The notes beneath the pieces were generated by a model. It saw only the letters and a program-made list of their open reading frames with translations. It searched no databases and had not been told where the DNA came from. A program made the translations under genes and the position numbers. Below are positions 9,488-19,132 of a DNA stretch of 64,000 nucleotides, in pieces. Every line of letters begins with the position of its first letter. Position 1 is the first letter of the stretch. Source of the stretch: Anaerolineae bacterium. Lineage in GTDB: Bacteria > Chloroflexota > Anaerolineae > UBA1429. The stretch is from positions 136,132-200,131 of the forward strand of contig JAXGMP010000005.1 in the NCBI GenBank assembly GCA_040768605.1, read 5' to 3'.

Positions 9488-10654
9488 ATGACCATGAGCC
9501 TGGCCGATGACGTAAGCCAACACGCGGCGCACGACGCACCCATCGAGCCGGAACAGGTACGAGATGAGCACATCCTGGTCGCATCCCAGTGGCAGCTCAT
9601 GTGGTGGAAGTTCCGCAAACACAAGCTGGCTCTGGTGGCCACCGTGGTGATTGTCCTCCTGTACCTGGTGGCGACGTTCGTCGAGTTCGTAGCACCCTAT
9701 GATCCGGAGGAGCAAGAGGCCCGCATGGCCTACAGGCCCCCTACCAGGATCCACTTTGTGGATGGGCGGGGAGAATCTCATCTGCGCCCCTTCGTTTACG
9801 GCACGCAGTCCACGCGAGACCTCGAGTCGTTTAGCCTTGTCTTCTCCGAAGACCGCACGCGGGTCTATCCGGTATACTTTTTCACCCCTGGCACCCCATA
9901 CCGTCTGTGGGGGCGCTTTGATGCCGACATGCACCTGTTTGGCCTCGCTAGCAGTGAGGACAGATTCTTCCTGATCGGGGCAGACAAACAGGGCCGCGAT
10001 CTCTTTTCGCGTATCGTCTATGGCTCCCGACTCTCCCTATCGATCGGTCTCGTCGGTGTTGCGATCAGCTTCATACTGGGTGTTCTGATTGGTGGCATCT
10101 CCGGGTTCTACGGCGGCGTGGTCGACACGATCCTGCAACGCGTGATCGAGTTCATCCGCTCCATCCCGACGATCCCGCTGTGGATGGCGCTCTCAGCGGC
10201 ACTACCGCCCAACTGGCCGCCGGTTCGCGTGTACTTGGGCATCACGGTGATCCTCTCGCTGATCGGATGGACCGGCCTGGCCCGCGTGGTCCGCGGCCGT
10301 TTCCTGGCGCTACGCGAGGAGGACTTTGTGATGGCCGCCAAGCTCTGCGGCTCCAGTGAACTGCGCGTCATTCTGCGCCACATGGTGCCGGCTTTTGCCA
10401 GCCACATCATCGCGTCCTTGACCCTGGCAATACCGCGGATGATCCTCAGTGAGACGTCCCTCTCGTTCCTGGGGCTGGGGCTCCGCTTCCCGGCCATCTC
10501 GTGGGGGGTGCTCCTGCAGGAGGCGCAAAACGTTCGCTCGGTGGCCCAGGCCCCCTGGCTGCTGACGCCGGGCCTGGCCGTGGTCCTCTCGGTGCTGTCG
10601 CTGAACTTCCTGGGGGACGGGCTGCGCGATGCGGCCGATCCCTATGCCCGATGA
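9488..10654 (+). CDS. ABC permease, DppC/OppC type
   Basis: KFRKHKLA, GADKQGRDLFSR, FVMAAKLCG, GDGLRDAADP. Confidence 0.9.
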   Translation: MTMSLADDVSQHAAHDAPIEPEQVRDEHILVASQWQLMWWKFRKHKLALVATVVIVLLYLVATFVEFVAPYDPEEQEARMAYRPPTRIHFVDGRGESHLRPFVYGTQSTRDLESFSLVFSEDRTRVYPVYFFTPGTPYRLWGRFDADMHLFGLASSEDRFFLIGADKQGRDLFSRIVYGSRLSLSIGLVGVAISFILGVLIGGISGFYGGVVDTILQRVIEFIRSIPTIPLWMALSAALPPNWPPVRVYLGITVILSLIGWTGLARVVRGRFLALREEDFVMAAKLCGSSELRVILRHMVPAFASHIIASLTLAIPRMILSETSLSFLGLGLRFPAISWGVLLQEAQNVRSVAQAPWLLTPGLAVVLSVLSLNFLGDGLRDAADPYAR

Positions 10655-10724
10655 GTATGCCCGCCGAAAGCCGCAGGGCGGCCTGGGCCGACCCGGGCCA
10701 CGGCGGAGGGGAGACGGAGAACGC

Positions 10725-11429
10725 ATGACCGCCAGACGGGCTGGCGCAAGGCTGGCCAAGGTCACCGCCCGCTCGATCACTGACCGCGCCTATGAGGCCA
10801 TCCGCGATGCCATCGTCGAGGGCCAGTTCCGCCCTGGGGAACGCCTCTCTGAGGAAACCCTCGCCGAGCAGCTGGGCGTCAGCAAGACCCCCGTGCACGA
10901 CGCCCTCGGGCGCCTGGTGGCCGAGGGTCTGGTTCAAATGACGCCTTATGTGGGCGCATCGGTGATCCGTCTGTCTCCCGAGGATGTCGACGAGATCTAT
11001 GACCTCCGTGAGACCCTCGAACGGCTGGCCATTCGGCAGGCCATTGGGCACGTCGACGATGCACTCCTGCTGGAGCTGGACCACGAGCTGGCCTCGTTCG
11101 CCCGCCCCCTTCCCCAGAAGGAGTTCCAGCACTACTTTGACGTCGACAACCGCCTGCACGACGCCGTGGCGCAGATGAGCGGCAACGGGCGCCTGGTGCG
11201 CATCCTCGACATGCTGCGCAACCAGTCGCACGCCGCCCGCTTCCTCTCCTCGCGGCTGCCGGGCCGCACCGACCTCTCCATCGAGGAGCACCGGGCCATC
11301 ATCGCCGCGCTGCTGGCCCGCGACGCGCCGCTGGCCCAGGAAACCATGCAAAAGCACCTCAGCGGATCGCGCCGGGCGGCTGCACACATCGTAGAAGAGT
11401 TGACCACCGATAGGCTTGAGGAGGACTGA
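10725..11429 (+). CDS. GntR family regulator with FCD domain
   Basis: AYEAIRDAI..G.FRPGERL.E..LA..LGVSKTPV HTH; FCD-type C-terminus with EEH; GGAGA RBS. Confidence 0.9.
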   Translation: MTARRAGARLAKVTARSITDRAYEAIRDAIVEGQFRPGERLSEETLAEQLGVSKTPVHDALGRLVAEGLVQMTPYVGASVIRLSPEDVDEIYDLRETLERLAIRQAIGHVDDALLLELDHELASFARPLPQKEFQHYFDVDNRLHDAVAQMSGNGRLVRILDMLRNQSHAARFLSSRLPGRTDLSIEEHRAIIAALLARDAPLAQETMQKHLSGSRRAAAHIVEELTTDRLEED

Positions 11430-11435
11430 GAGCGC

Positions 11436-12200
11436 ATGCGCACGAATCGCGTAAAGGCCATGCTGGCCAATGGAGAGAACGTCCTGGGCACCTTTGTGCG
11501 CACCACGCACCCCGCCGTCGTCGAGGTCCTGGGCCTGGTCGGCTTTGACTTTGTGATCATCGACAACGAGCACAGCCCCGTGGGGATCGAGTCCACCGCG
11601 AACCTCATCCGTGCGGCTGACGGCGTCGGCATCACGCCCTTTGTGCGGGTGATGACCAACGATGCCGTGGCCATCATGCAGGCGCTGGACGCGGGCGCCC
11701 TGGGCGTGCAGGTCCCGCAGATCTCGGCCCGGCAGGACGCCGAGTACGCCGCGCGCGCCCTCAAGTACCCGCCTATCGGCACCCGCGGCCTGGCCACCAG
11801 CCACCGTGCCGCGAACCATGGCCTGATGGACCCGCTGGAATACGTCCGTATGGCCGACCAGGAGACGATGTTCCTCGCCTACGTGGAGAACCGCGAGGCG
11901 GTGGCCAACATCGAAGAGATCGTGACGGTGCCGAACATCGACCTCCTGTTCCTCGGTCCCGCCGATCTCTCGGCCTCCTACGGCTATCCCGCGCAGACGG
12001 CCCACCCCGAGGTGCAGCAGGCCATCGCACGGGTGTTGGAGGTAGCCGCCGCGGCTGGGATCCCCGTGGGTACCGTCGCCGCGGATGCTGCCTCGGCCCG
12101 TGCGCTCCTCGATCGCGGCGTGCGGTTCCTGGCCATCAGCTCGGACCTGCAGATGATCGGCCGCTGGGGCAGCGAGACGCTCAGGGCGTTGCGCGCCTAG
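11436..12200 (+). CDS. HpcH/HpaI (2-keto-3-deoxy sugar acid) aldolase family protein
   Basis: GFDFVIIDNEH, LDAGALG, YPPIGTRG, FLGPADLS. Confidence 0.9.
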   Translation: MRTNRVKAMLANGENVLGTFVRTTHPAVVEVLGLVGFDFVIIDNEHSPVGIESTANLIRAADGVGITPFVRVMTNDAVAIMQALDAGALGVQVPQISARQDAEYAARALKYPPIGTRGLATSHRAANHGLMDPLEYVRMADQETMFLAYVENREAVANIEEIVTVPNIDLLFLGPADLSASYGYPAQTAHPEVQQAIARVLEVAAAAGIPVGTVAADAASARALLDRGVRFLAISSDLQMIGRWGSETLRALRA

Positions 12201-12213
12201 CACTGTTGGGGGA

Positions 12214-13287
12214 ATGTGGATGAACTCGTATGAGCGCGTGATGTGTTGCCTCAACCATGAGCCCGCCGACCGCCTGCCGGTGGACGGCAGCTTCCACCCG
12301 GAAGTCTGGCGCATGCTCGAGGAGCACCTGGGCACTGCGGATCACAACGCGATCCAGGAGGCGCTGGGGATCGACTTTCGCCAGGCGGGCATGGGCGTTG
12401 CCGACGCCTTCAAGGCCCGGGCCACCCGGACGCGCCACGGCTGGCGCATCGCACACCCCGACGGCACCGTCGAGGACGAGTGGGGCGTGCGCGTGCGGTT
12501 CGACCGGCAGGAGCGCTACTACCGTTTTGTCTACCAGCCGCTGGCCGTGGTCCCGCTCGAGGAGTATGCATTCCCTGACCTGGACGCGCCCGGGCGCTTC
12601 GTGCCGCCCGCCGCGGGACAGCGCAGCCCCTACGCGCGCATCTGCGGCATCAGCAACCTGTTCAAGGGCTGCTGGCACCTCCGCGGGCTGGACCAGTGGA
12701 TGATGGACCTGCTGGCCGACGTCGACTATGCCGAAGCCCTCCTGGACCGCATGCTGGCCTGGAACCTGGTGCTGGTCCGCCGTCTGGCGGCCCAGGGGCT
12801 GGACATCCTGGGCCTGGTGGGCGATATCTCCATGCAAGAGGGCATGATGATCTCCCCGGCCACCTGGCGCCGCCTCTTCAAGCCGCGAGAGGCCCTGGTC
12901 GTGGCCGAGGCCCAGCGGCTGGGGATTCGCCACGTCTACTTTCACTCCGACGGCAACCCGTCCGCCATCCTCGACGACCTCGTCGAGATCGGGATCACCA
13001 TGCTGGACCCCGTCCAACCCGAGTCGGTCGATCCGGCGGAGCTACGGCGCCGCTACGGGCGCCGCCTGACCCTGCACGGCACCATCTCGGCGCAGCACAC
13101 CCTCCCCTTCGGCACGCCCGAGGAGGTCCGCGCCGAGGTATTGGAGCGGATCCGCACCTGCGGGTATGATGGCGGCCTGGTCATCGCGCCGAACAACGTT
13201 GTCCAGCCGGACGTCCCGCTGGAGAACCTCCTGACCATGTATGCCACCGTGCGCGAGGTCGGCGCACGGGCCTATGCACGCGCCTGA
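12214..13287 (+). CDS. Uroporphyrinogen decarboxylase-like (URO-D/MtaA-CmuA superfamily) protein
   Basis: ERV...HEPADRLP, DEWG, FHSDG, PVQPE, GTPEEV. Confidence 0.8.
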   Translation: MWMNSYERVMCCLNHEPADRLPVDGSFHPEVWRMLEEHLGTADHNAIQEALGIDFRQAGMGVADAFKARATRTRHGWRIAHPDGTVEDEWGVRVRFDRQERYYRFVYQPLAVVPLEEYAFPDLDAPGRFVPPAAGQRSPYARICGISNLFKGCWHLRGLDQWMMDLLADVDYAEALLDRMLAWNLVLVRRLAAQGLDILGLVGDISMQEGMMISPATWRRLFKPREALVVAEAQRLGIRHVYFHSDGNPSAILDDLVEIGITMLDPVQPESVDPAELRRRYGRRLTLHGTISAQHTLPFGTPEEVRAEVLERIRTCGYDGGLVIAPNNVVQPDVPLENLLTMYATVREVGARAYARA

Positions 13288-13313
13288 ACACGCTATCGAA
13301 AGGAATCTCTCGC

Positions 13314-14408
13314 ATGACCCCGACATCATCCGCAACCCCCACCACCTACCGCGTCAGCGCCGCGGAACTCGCGCGCGTGACGGCCGCCTGCCTGGCGGGC
13401 GCTGGGCTCTCCGCCCAGCACGCCGCCCTGGTGACCGAGGGCCTGGTGGAGGCCGAACTCCGCGGCCAGGGCAGCCACGGCGTCTCGCGGCTCCTGGATA
13501 TCTACATCCAGCGCCTCAGCGCCCGCGCCACCAACCCCCAGCCCGATATCCGGATCGTCGCGCGCCGCGCCGGCACCGCCGTGGTCGACGGTGACAACGG
13601 CCCCGGCCAGGTGGTGGGGCGCTTCGCCATGGACCTGGCCATTGATCTCGCTCGCGAGCACGGCCTCGGCGCCGTGGCCGCGCGGCACTCCAATCACTAC
13701 GGGGCGGCGGCCTACTACCTGAACGCCGCGGTGGAAAAGGGCCTCATCGGCATCAGCACCACCAACGCGCCGCCCAACATGCCCCCCTGGGGCGGGCGGA
13801 AGCCCTACCTGGGCACCAACCCCCTGGCCATCGCCGTGCCCGCCGGCAAGTACGGCGCCATCCTGCTCGACATGGCCACCAGCGTGGTGGCCAAAGGCAA
13901 GATTCAGCTGATGGCCAAGGAGGGGCAGACGACCATGCCCGCCGGCTGGGCGCTCGACGCCGAGGGGCGCGACACGCAGAGCATCGACGCGGCCCTCCAG
14001 GGCGGCATGATGCTGCCCGTGGGCGGGCCGAAGGGCTACGGCCTGGCCGTCATGGTCGAGATCCTGAGCGCCATGCTCTCGGGGGCGGACTTTGGCCCGC
14101 ACCTGGGCAACATGTACACCCAGTTTGACCGGCCACAGAACATAGGGCACTTTTTCGGCGCGATCGACGTCTCCGGCTTTCTGCCGATGGAGGCCTTTAC
14201 GGCGCGCATCGAGGGGTTCATCGAGGAGCTCCGCGCCGTCCCGCGGCGTGAGGGAGTGGCCGAGATTCTCATGCCCGGTGAGATCGAGGCGCGCTGTGCG
14301 GAGCGCTACCGCCGCGAGGGCATTCCCATCGAGGCGCCCGTCCTGGCTGAGATCTCTCGCCTCGCCGAGCGCTTTGGGGTGCATCCCCCGCAGCCGCTGG
14401 CAGAGTAG
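13314..14408 (+). CDS. Ldh_2 family (malate/L-sulfolactate/ureidoglycolate-type) dehydrogenase
   Basis: GSHG, DGDNGPG, SNHYG, GTNP, DMATS, GGPKGYGL. Confidence 0.9.
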   Translation: MTPTSSATPTTYRVSAAELARVTAACLAGAGLSAQHAALVTEGLVEAELRGQGSHGVSRLLDIYIQRLSARATNPQPDIRIVARRAGTAVVDGDNGPGQVVGRFAMDLAIDLAREHGLGAVAARHSNHYGAAAYYLNAAVEKGLIGISTTNAPPNMPPWGGRKPYLGTNPLAIAVPAGKYGAILLDMATSVVAKGKIQLMAKEGQTTMPAGWALDAEGRDTQSIDAALQGGMMLPVGGPKGYGLAVMVEILSAMLSGADFGPHLGNMYTQFDRPQNIGHFFGAIDVSGFLPMEAFTARIEGFIEELRAVPRREGVAEILMPGEIEARCAERYRREGIPIEAPVLAEISRLAERFGVHPPQPLAE

Positions 14409-14432
14409 CCTCCTGAACGTCTGCCCCTCACT

Positions 14433-14465
14433 CACGGAGGCCGCCCCCTTGGGGCGGCCTCCGTG
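14433..14465 (+). terminator. Stem-loop after the Ldh_2 gene
   Basis: cacggaggccgcccc-ctt-ggggcggcctccgtg, 15 bp stem with weak U tail. Confidence 0.5.
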
Positions 14466-14561
14466 GTTCACCGCCGCAGTGGCGGTTGGCGCGCCGCCAC
14501 CTCGGCGCTAGAATGCCCCCGCACGTTAGCGTCCGCCCCTACACTCGGGAGAGGAGCCCTC

Positions 14562-16010
14562 ATGACCCCCATCCGCGTCACGATCGGCCTGTTGCCATCC
14601 CGCAGGGCGGCCCACACCGCCTGGACGGAGCGCATGCGCGTCGACAGTCTCGCGCTGCTCGGGCGGCTGCCCAGCGTCACGGCCGTGGCGCCTGCCGTAT
14701 CGCCGAGCGGCGCCATAGACAGGCTCTCCGGCGCAACCCCCCACGGCACGGTGAACACCCTCGATGAGGCCGAGGCTGTGGCGGCCTACTTTCGCCAAGA
14801 AGGGGTCGATGCCCTGGTGATCTGCCCGCTCGACTTTGGCGATGAGCGCTCCGCCGTCAAGGTGGCCGAACTGCTTCGCGTGCCGGTGCTCCTGTTCGCC
14901 ACCAAGGAACCCCCCGCCCTCCAGGATGCCAGCATGGCCCGCGTCTCCGATTCCTATTGCGGAACGCTGTCCATCTCCGCCGGCCTGACGCGCCGCCGCC
15001 TGCCCTTCCGCTTCGCCGGCGTCTACCTCCCCAGCGACCCGGAGATGCTCGCCGAGGCGGAGACGTTTGTGCGCGCCGTCGGCGTGGTGCGCGCCCTGCG
15101 CGGCGCGCGCATCGGGCAGGTGGGCGTCCGCCCGGTAACGTTCGAGACGGTGGCCTACGACGAGGTCGCCATGGCCACAGCCTTTGGCATGAACGTGATC
15201 CCCTACAACCTGGCCGACGTCGTCGACGCCGCCGAGGCGATCGCCGACGACGATCCGGCCGTCCGCGACCTGGTGGCCGGCGTCCGCGCCTCAGTGGCCG
15301 AGGTGACCGTGCCGGGCTCGCACCTCGTGCGGGCCGCCAAGTTCGAGCTGGCCCTGGTCGCCTTCTGGGAACGCCATGGCCTCTCGGCCCTGGCCGCGCA
15401 GTGCTGGCCCTCCATCCAGCGGATGATGGGCATTTCCCTCTGCGCGGTCTATGGGCGCATGACGGCGCGCCACATGCTCACCGCCTGCGAGGTGGACGTG
15501 CTCGGCGCCGTGGCCATGTTGGCCAACTATGGCGCCGCCCTGGGCGAGGGGTTGCCCCATTTCGTCGACTGGACCATCCAGCACCGTGAGAACCCCAACT
15601 GGCTGCTGGCCTGGCACTGTGGCAACGCCCCCACCTGCCTGGCCGCCGACTCGGCGCGCACCGCGCTGCGCTCCCGGCGCGATATGGCCGGCGCCCTGCC
15701 TATCCCCGCGGAAGACACCATGGCCGGGCTGTACCAGTTCCAGCTCAAGCCCGGCACCGTGACCTTCTGCCGCCTGGCGGAGTACAACGGCGAGTGGAAG
15801 ATGCTCATCGCCCCGGGGCGCATCGTGCCCTCGGAAGAGACCCTGGCCGGCACCTGGGCCTGGGTCGAGGTCCGCGACCATGCCCGCCTCTACCGTACCC
15901 TCGTCGAGGAGGGCTTTATCCATCACGCCAGCATGATCCACGGGGACCAGACGCGTGCCCTTGAGGAGGCCTGCCGCTTCCTCGGCATCCGTGCCGTGGT
16001 CGTGGAGTAG
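14562..16010 (+). CDS. L-fucose/L-arabinose isomerase-like protein
   Basis: DFGDE, DSYCG, AQCWP, CEVD, WHCG, FIHH; GAGGAG RBS. Confidence 0.8.
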   Translation: MTPIRVTIGLLPSRRAAHTAWTERMRVDSLALLGRLPSVTAVAPAVSPSGAIDRLSGATPHGTVNTLDEAEAVAAYFRQEGVDALVICPLDFGDERSAVKVAELLRVPVLLFATKEPPALQDASMARVSDSYCGTLSISAGLTRRRLPFRFAGVYLPSDPEMLAEAETFVRAVGVVRALRGARIGQVGVRPVTFETVAYDEVAMATAFGMNVIPYNLADVVDAAEAIADDDPAVRDLVAGVRASVAEVTVPGSHLVRAAKFELALVAFWERHGLSALAAQCWPSIQRMMGISLCAVYGRMTARHMLTACEVDVLGAVAMLANYGAALGEGLPHFVDWTIQHRENPNWLLAWHCGNAPTCLAADSARTALRSRRDMAGALPIPAEDTMAGLYQFQLKPGTVTFCRLAEYNGEWKMLIAPGRIVPSEETLAGTWAWVEVRDHARLYRTLVEEGFIHHASMIHGDQTRALEEACRFLGIRAVVVE

Positions 16011-16015
16011 CGATC

Positions 16016-16963
16016 TTGAGCGACGGAAAGATTGACATCGTGGGCGTGGGCCTGGCCACGCTGGACGTGCTCGTGCGCGTCAGGGAACTCCCCACCTGGG
16101 AGGGGATGGGCTCCATGAGTGGCTTTGCCCTCGACGGTGGCGGGCCGGTGGGCACCGGCCTCGTCGCCGCCGCACGGCTGGGAGCCCGGGCCGGCTACGT
16201 CGGCACGGCCGGCACCGACCGCACCGCCGAGCTCAAGATGGAGTTCCTGACGCGTGAGGGCCTCGATGTGTCGCACGTGGTCCGCCGCCCGGGCCCGGAG
16301 GGCAACGTCATCCTCGTCTGCGTCGACGAAGAGACGGGCGAACGCACCTTCACTGGCCTTCGTGACCGGCACCGCACCCCCCTGGCGCCCGAGGAGCTGG
16401 ATCGCGACTACCTCACCCAGGCCGAGTTCCTCCACCTCGACGGCCACCATCCCGACGCCGCCCTGCAGGCAGCCCGCTGGATGCACGCGGCCGGCAAGCA
16501 GGTGATGCTCGACGGCGCCCGCATGACCGGCACCCTGGGCCGCACCGCCGAGTACTACCGGAGCCTGGTGGCCGAGACCGACATCCTTATCTGCGGGTCG
16601 GGCTTTGTGCCGGCGCTCACCGGCCGCGCCGACATTTGGGAGGCGGGGCGTGCCGCGCTGGACCTGGGGCCGCGCATCGTCGTCCAGACGGAGGGCGCCG
16701 AGGGGGCCTACACCGTCAGCCGCGAGGGGATCCTGCACACGCCCGCCTTTGCGGTCGACGTGGTCGACACCACCGGCGCCGGGGACGTCTTCCACGGGGC
16801 CTACCTGGTGGGGCTGCTGCACGGCTGGGAACTGGCCGAGGTGGCGCTCTTTGCCAGCGCCGTCTCGGCGCTCAAATGCATGCACCTGGGCGGGCGGGCC
16901 GGCATCCCCACCTATGCGGAGACGCTGGCATTCCTCGCCGAGCGAGGCATTCCGCTCGGCTGA
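16016..16963 (+). CDS. PfkB family carbohydrate kinase
   Basis: GGGPVG..AAARLG and VDTTGAGDVFHG signatures; TTG start. Confidence 0.9.
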   Translation: MSDGKIDIVGVGLATLDVLVRVRELPTWEGMGSMSGFALDGGGPVGTGLVAAARLGARAGYVGTAGTDRTAELKMEFLTREGLDVSHVVRRPGPEGNVILVCVDEETGERTFTGLRDRHRTPLAPEELDRDYLTQAEFLHLDGHHPDAALQAARWMHAAGKQVMLDGARMTGTLGRTAEYYRSLVAETDILICGSGFVPALTGRADIWEAGRAALDLGPRIVVQTEGAEGAYTVSREGILHTPAFAVDVVDTTGAGDVFHGAYLVGLLHGWELAEVALFASAVSALKCMHLGGRAGIPTYAETLAFLAERGIPLG

Positions 16964-16978
16964 TCGGAGGGCACTCCC

Positions 16979-17857
16979 ATGGCACTCGTATCGATTGTTC
17001 CGCTCCTGCAAGAGGCTCAGGCCGGCCGCTACGCGCTGCCCCTCTTTCTGACGCCGGAGATGCTGGCCGCCGAGGGGACCGTGGCCGCCCTCGAGGACCT
17101 GCGCGCCCCGGCGGCGGTGGGCGTCTACGCCGGCTGGATCGAGCGCCCCGACGCCCGGGCCTTCAGCGCCTTCCTCAGGGCCCTGGCCGAGGAGGCCAGC
17201 GTGCCCATCGCGCTGATGCTCGACCACGGCGCCAACCTGGAGCAGTGCATCCGCGCCATCCGCTACGGCTTTACCGACGTGATGTACGACGGCTCGGCCC
17301 TGCCGCTTGCCGAGAACATCGCCACGACGCGGACCATCGTCCAGGCGGCCCACGCTGTGGGCGTCGGCGTCGAGGCGGAGCTCGGGCACGTCGGCTCGGG
17401 CAGCGACTATGCGGCCTATGGCGCCCGGCGCGCCGGCTTTACTGAGCCTGGCACCGTGGCCGCCTTTGTCGAGGCCACCGGCGTCGACGTCCTGGCCGTG
17501 GCCTTTGGCTCGGCCCACGGCGTCTATCAGGGCGAACCCCAGCTGGACCTGGCCCTCCTCGGCGAGCTGCGCGCCGCGACCGACATCCCCCTGGCCATGC
17601 ACGGCGGGTCGGGCCTTTCACGCGAGCAGTTCCAGGGGGCTATCGCCGCGGGGATCAGCAAGATCAACGTGTTCACCGAGCTGGGGCTCACCACTGGCCA
17701 GCGCCTGTGCGCCCACGCGGCGGGCGGCCAGGCCTCCTACTTTTCCTTCCAGGAGGTCGTGCGAGGCACCTTCCGCGAACGGTGTGCCGACTATCTGGCG
17801 ATGTTCGGCGCCGCGGGGAAGGCGGCTGCCACGGCCGCGGCGGGGGGATCGTCGTGA
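16979..17857 (+). CDS. Class II fructose/tagatose-bisphosphate aldolase family protein
   Basis: LDHG, VMYDGS, VEAELG, GSAHG, MHGGSG, KIN. Confidence 0.9.
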   Translation: MALVSIVPLLQEAQAGRYALPLFLTPEMLAAEGTVAALEDLRAPAAVGVYAGWIERPDARAFSAFLRALAEEASVPIALMLDHGANLEQCIRAIRYGFTDVMYDGSALPLAENIATTRTIVQAAHAVGVGVEAELGHVGSGSDYAAYGARRAGFTEPGTVAAFVEATGVDVLAVAFGSAHGVYQGEPQLDLALLGELRAATDIPLAMHGGSGLSREQFQGAIAAGISKINVFTELGLTTGQRLCAHAAGGQASYFSFQEVVRGTFRERCADYLAMFGAAGKAAATAAAGGSS

Positions 17858-19104
17858 GCATCGCCACGGCCCCCTTCCTGAGCGGCCTGCCCGAGCCGGC
17901 GGAGCGCAACATGGCCGTGCGGGTGATGCCGGCCGGTGAGCGCGCCCTGCGCCAGGGGCACCCCTGGCTCTTTGAGCGCGCCATCCGCAGCCAGGCGTAC
18001 CAGGGCAGGCCGGGGGACCTGGCGGTCGCGTTTGATGCCAAGGGCCGCTTTCTCGCCGTGGGGCTGTACGATCCGCGTTCGCCCATCCGCGTCAAGGTGC
18101 TGCAGCACGGCACGCCGGCCCGCATCGACGAGGAGTGGTTCCTCGGCAGGTTCGCGGCCGCCGCGGCGCTCCGCGCACCCCTGGCCCACACCGACACCAC
18201 CGGCTACCGCCTGGTACACGGGGAGAACGACGGCCTCCCCGGCCTGGTGGCCGATCGCTACGACCGCACCCTGGTGCTCAAGCTCTACACGCCGGCCTGG
18301 ATCCCCCATCTGCGCCATCTGCTGCCCGCCCTGGAGGCCGTTCAGCCCTTCGAGCGCCTCGTGCTGCGCCTGGGCCGCTTGCTCGAGGCCTACCCTGAGG
18401 ACCTGTACGGCCTGGCCGACGGCCAGGTGCTGTGGGGGCCGGAGCCCGACGGGCCGGTGGCCTTTACCGAGAACGGCCTCCACCTGGAGGCCAACGTCCT
18501 CCTGGGGCAAAAGACCGGCTTTTTCTTCGACCAGCGCGAGAACCGCGCCCGGGTGGAGGGGTTGGCCGAGGGGCAGAGCACGCTGAACGTCTTTGCCTAC
18601 ACCGGCGGGTTCTCGCTCTATGCAGCGCGGGGCGGCGCGCCGACGGTGCTCAGCACCGACCTCAGCATCCCGGCGCTGGAGGCGGCCGAGCGCCACTTTC
18701 GCCTAAACCTCGGCCACCCGCGGATCGCCGCCGCCCAGCACACCACGCTGGCCGGCGACGCCTTTGCCGTCCTGGATCAGCTCTCCTCCGCCGGGCGCCG
18801 GTTTGGGCTGGTGATCATCGACCCGCCCTCCTTCGCCCAGAGCCAGCCGCAGATCCCCGGGGCGCTGGCGGCCTACGCGCGGCTGGCGACGCTGGGGCTG
18901 GGGGTGCTGGCGCCGGAAGGGACGCTGGTGATGTCTTCCTGCTCCAGCCGGGTCAGCGCGGAGGCCTTTTTTGCCTGCGTGCTGGGTGCCGCCGCCGAGG
19001 CGGGGCGCCCGCTGCGCGAGATCGCGCGCACCGGGCACCCCCTCGATCACCCCATCGGTTTCCCCGAGGGCGCCTACCTCAAGTGCCTGTACGCCACGGG
19101 CTAG
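17854..19104 (+). CDS. RlmI-like SAM-dependent rRNA m5C methyltransferase
   Basis: GHPWLF PUA domain, GENDGLPGL, GQKTGFFFDQR, FAYTGGF, DPPSF, YLK; GTG overlaps upstream stop. Confidence 0.85.
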   Translation: MSIATAPFLSGLPEPAERNMAVRVMPAGERALRQGHPWLFERAIRSQAYQGRPGDLAVAFDAKGRFLAVGLYDPRSPIRVKVLQHGTPARIDEEWFLGRFAAAAALRAPLAHTDTTGYRLVHGENDGLPGLVADRYDRTLVLKLYTPAWIPHLRHLLPALEAVQPFERLVLRLGRLLEAYPEDLYGLADGQVLWGPEPDGPVAFTENGLHLEANVLLGQKTGFFFDQRENRARVEGLAEGQSTLNVFAYTGGFSLYAARGGAPTVLSTDLSIPALEAAERHFRLNLGHPRIAAAQHTTLAGDAFAVLDQLSSAGRRFGLVIIDPPSFAQSQPQIPGALAAYARLATLGLGVLAPEGTLVMSSCSSRVSAEAFFACVLGAAAEAGRPLREIARTGHPLDHPIGFPEGAYLKCLYATG

Positions 19105-19132
19105 GCCGGCGGCGCCGGCCGGCCCGCAGCGC

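Noticed and set aside
12214-13287. Calling this gene hemE
   Set aside because: It lacks the HemE RQAGRY N-terminal signature and has no tetrapyrrole neighbours, so it is kept as a superfamily call.
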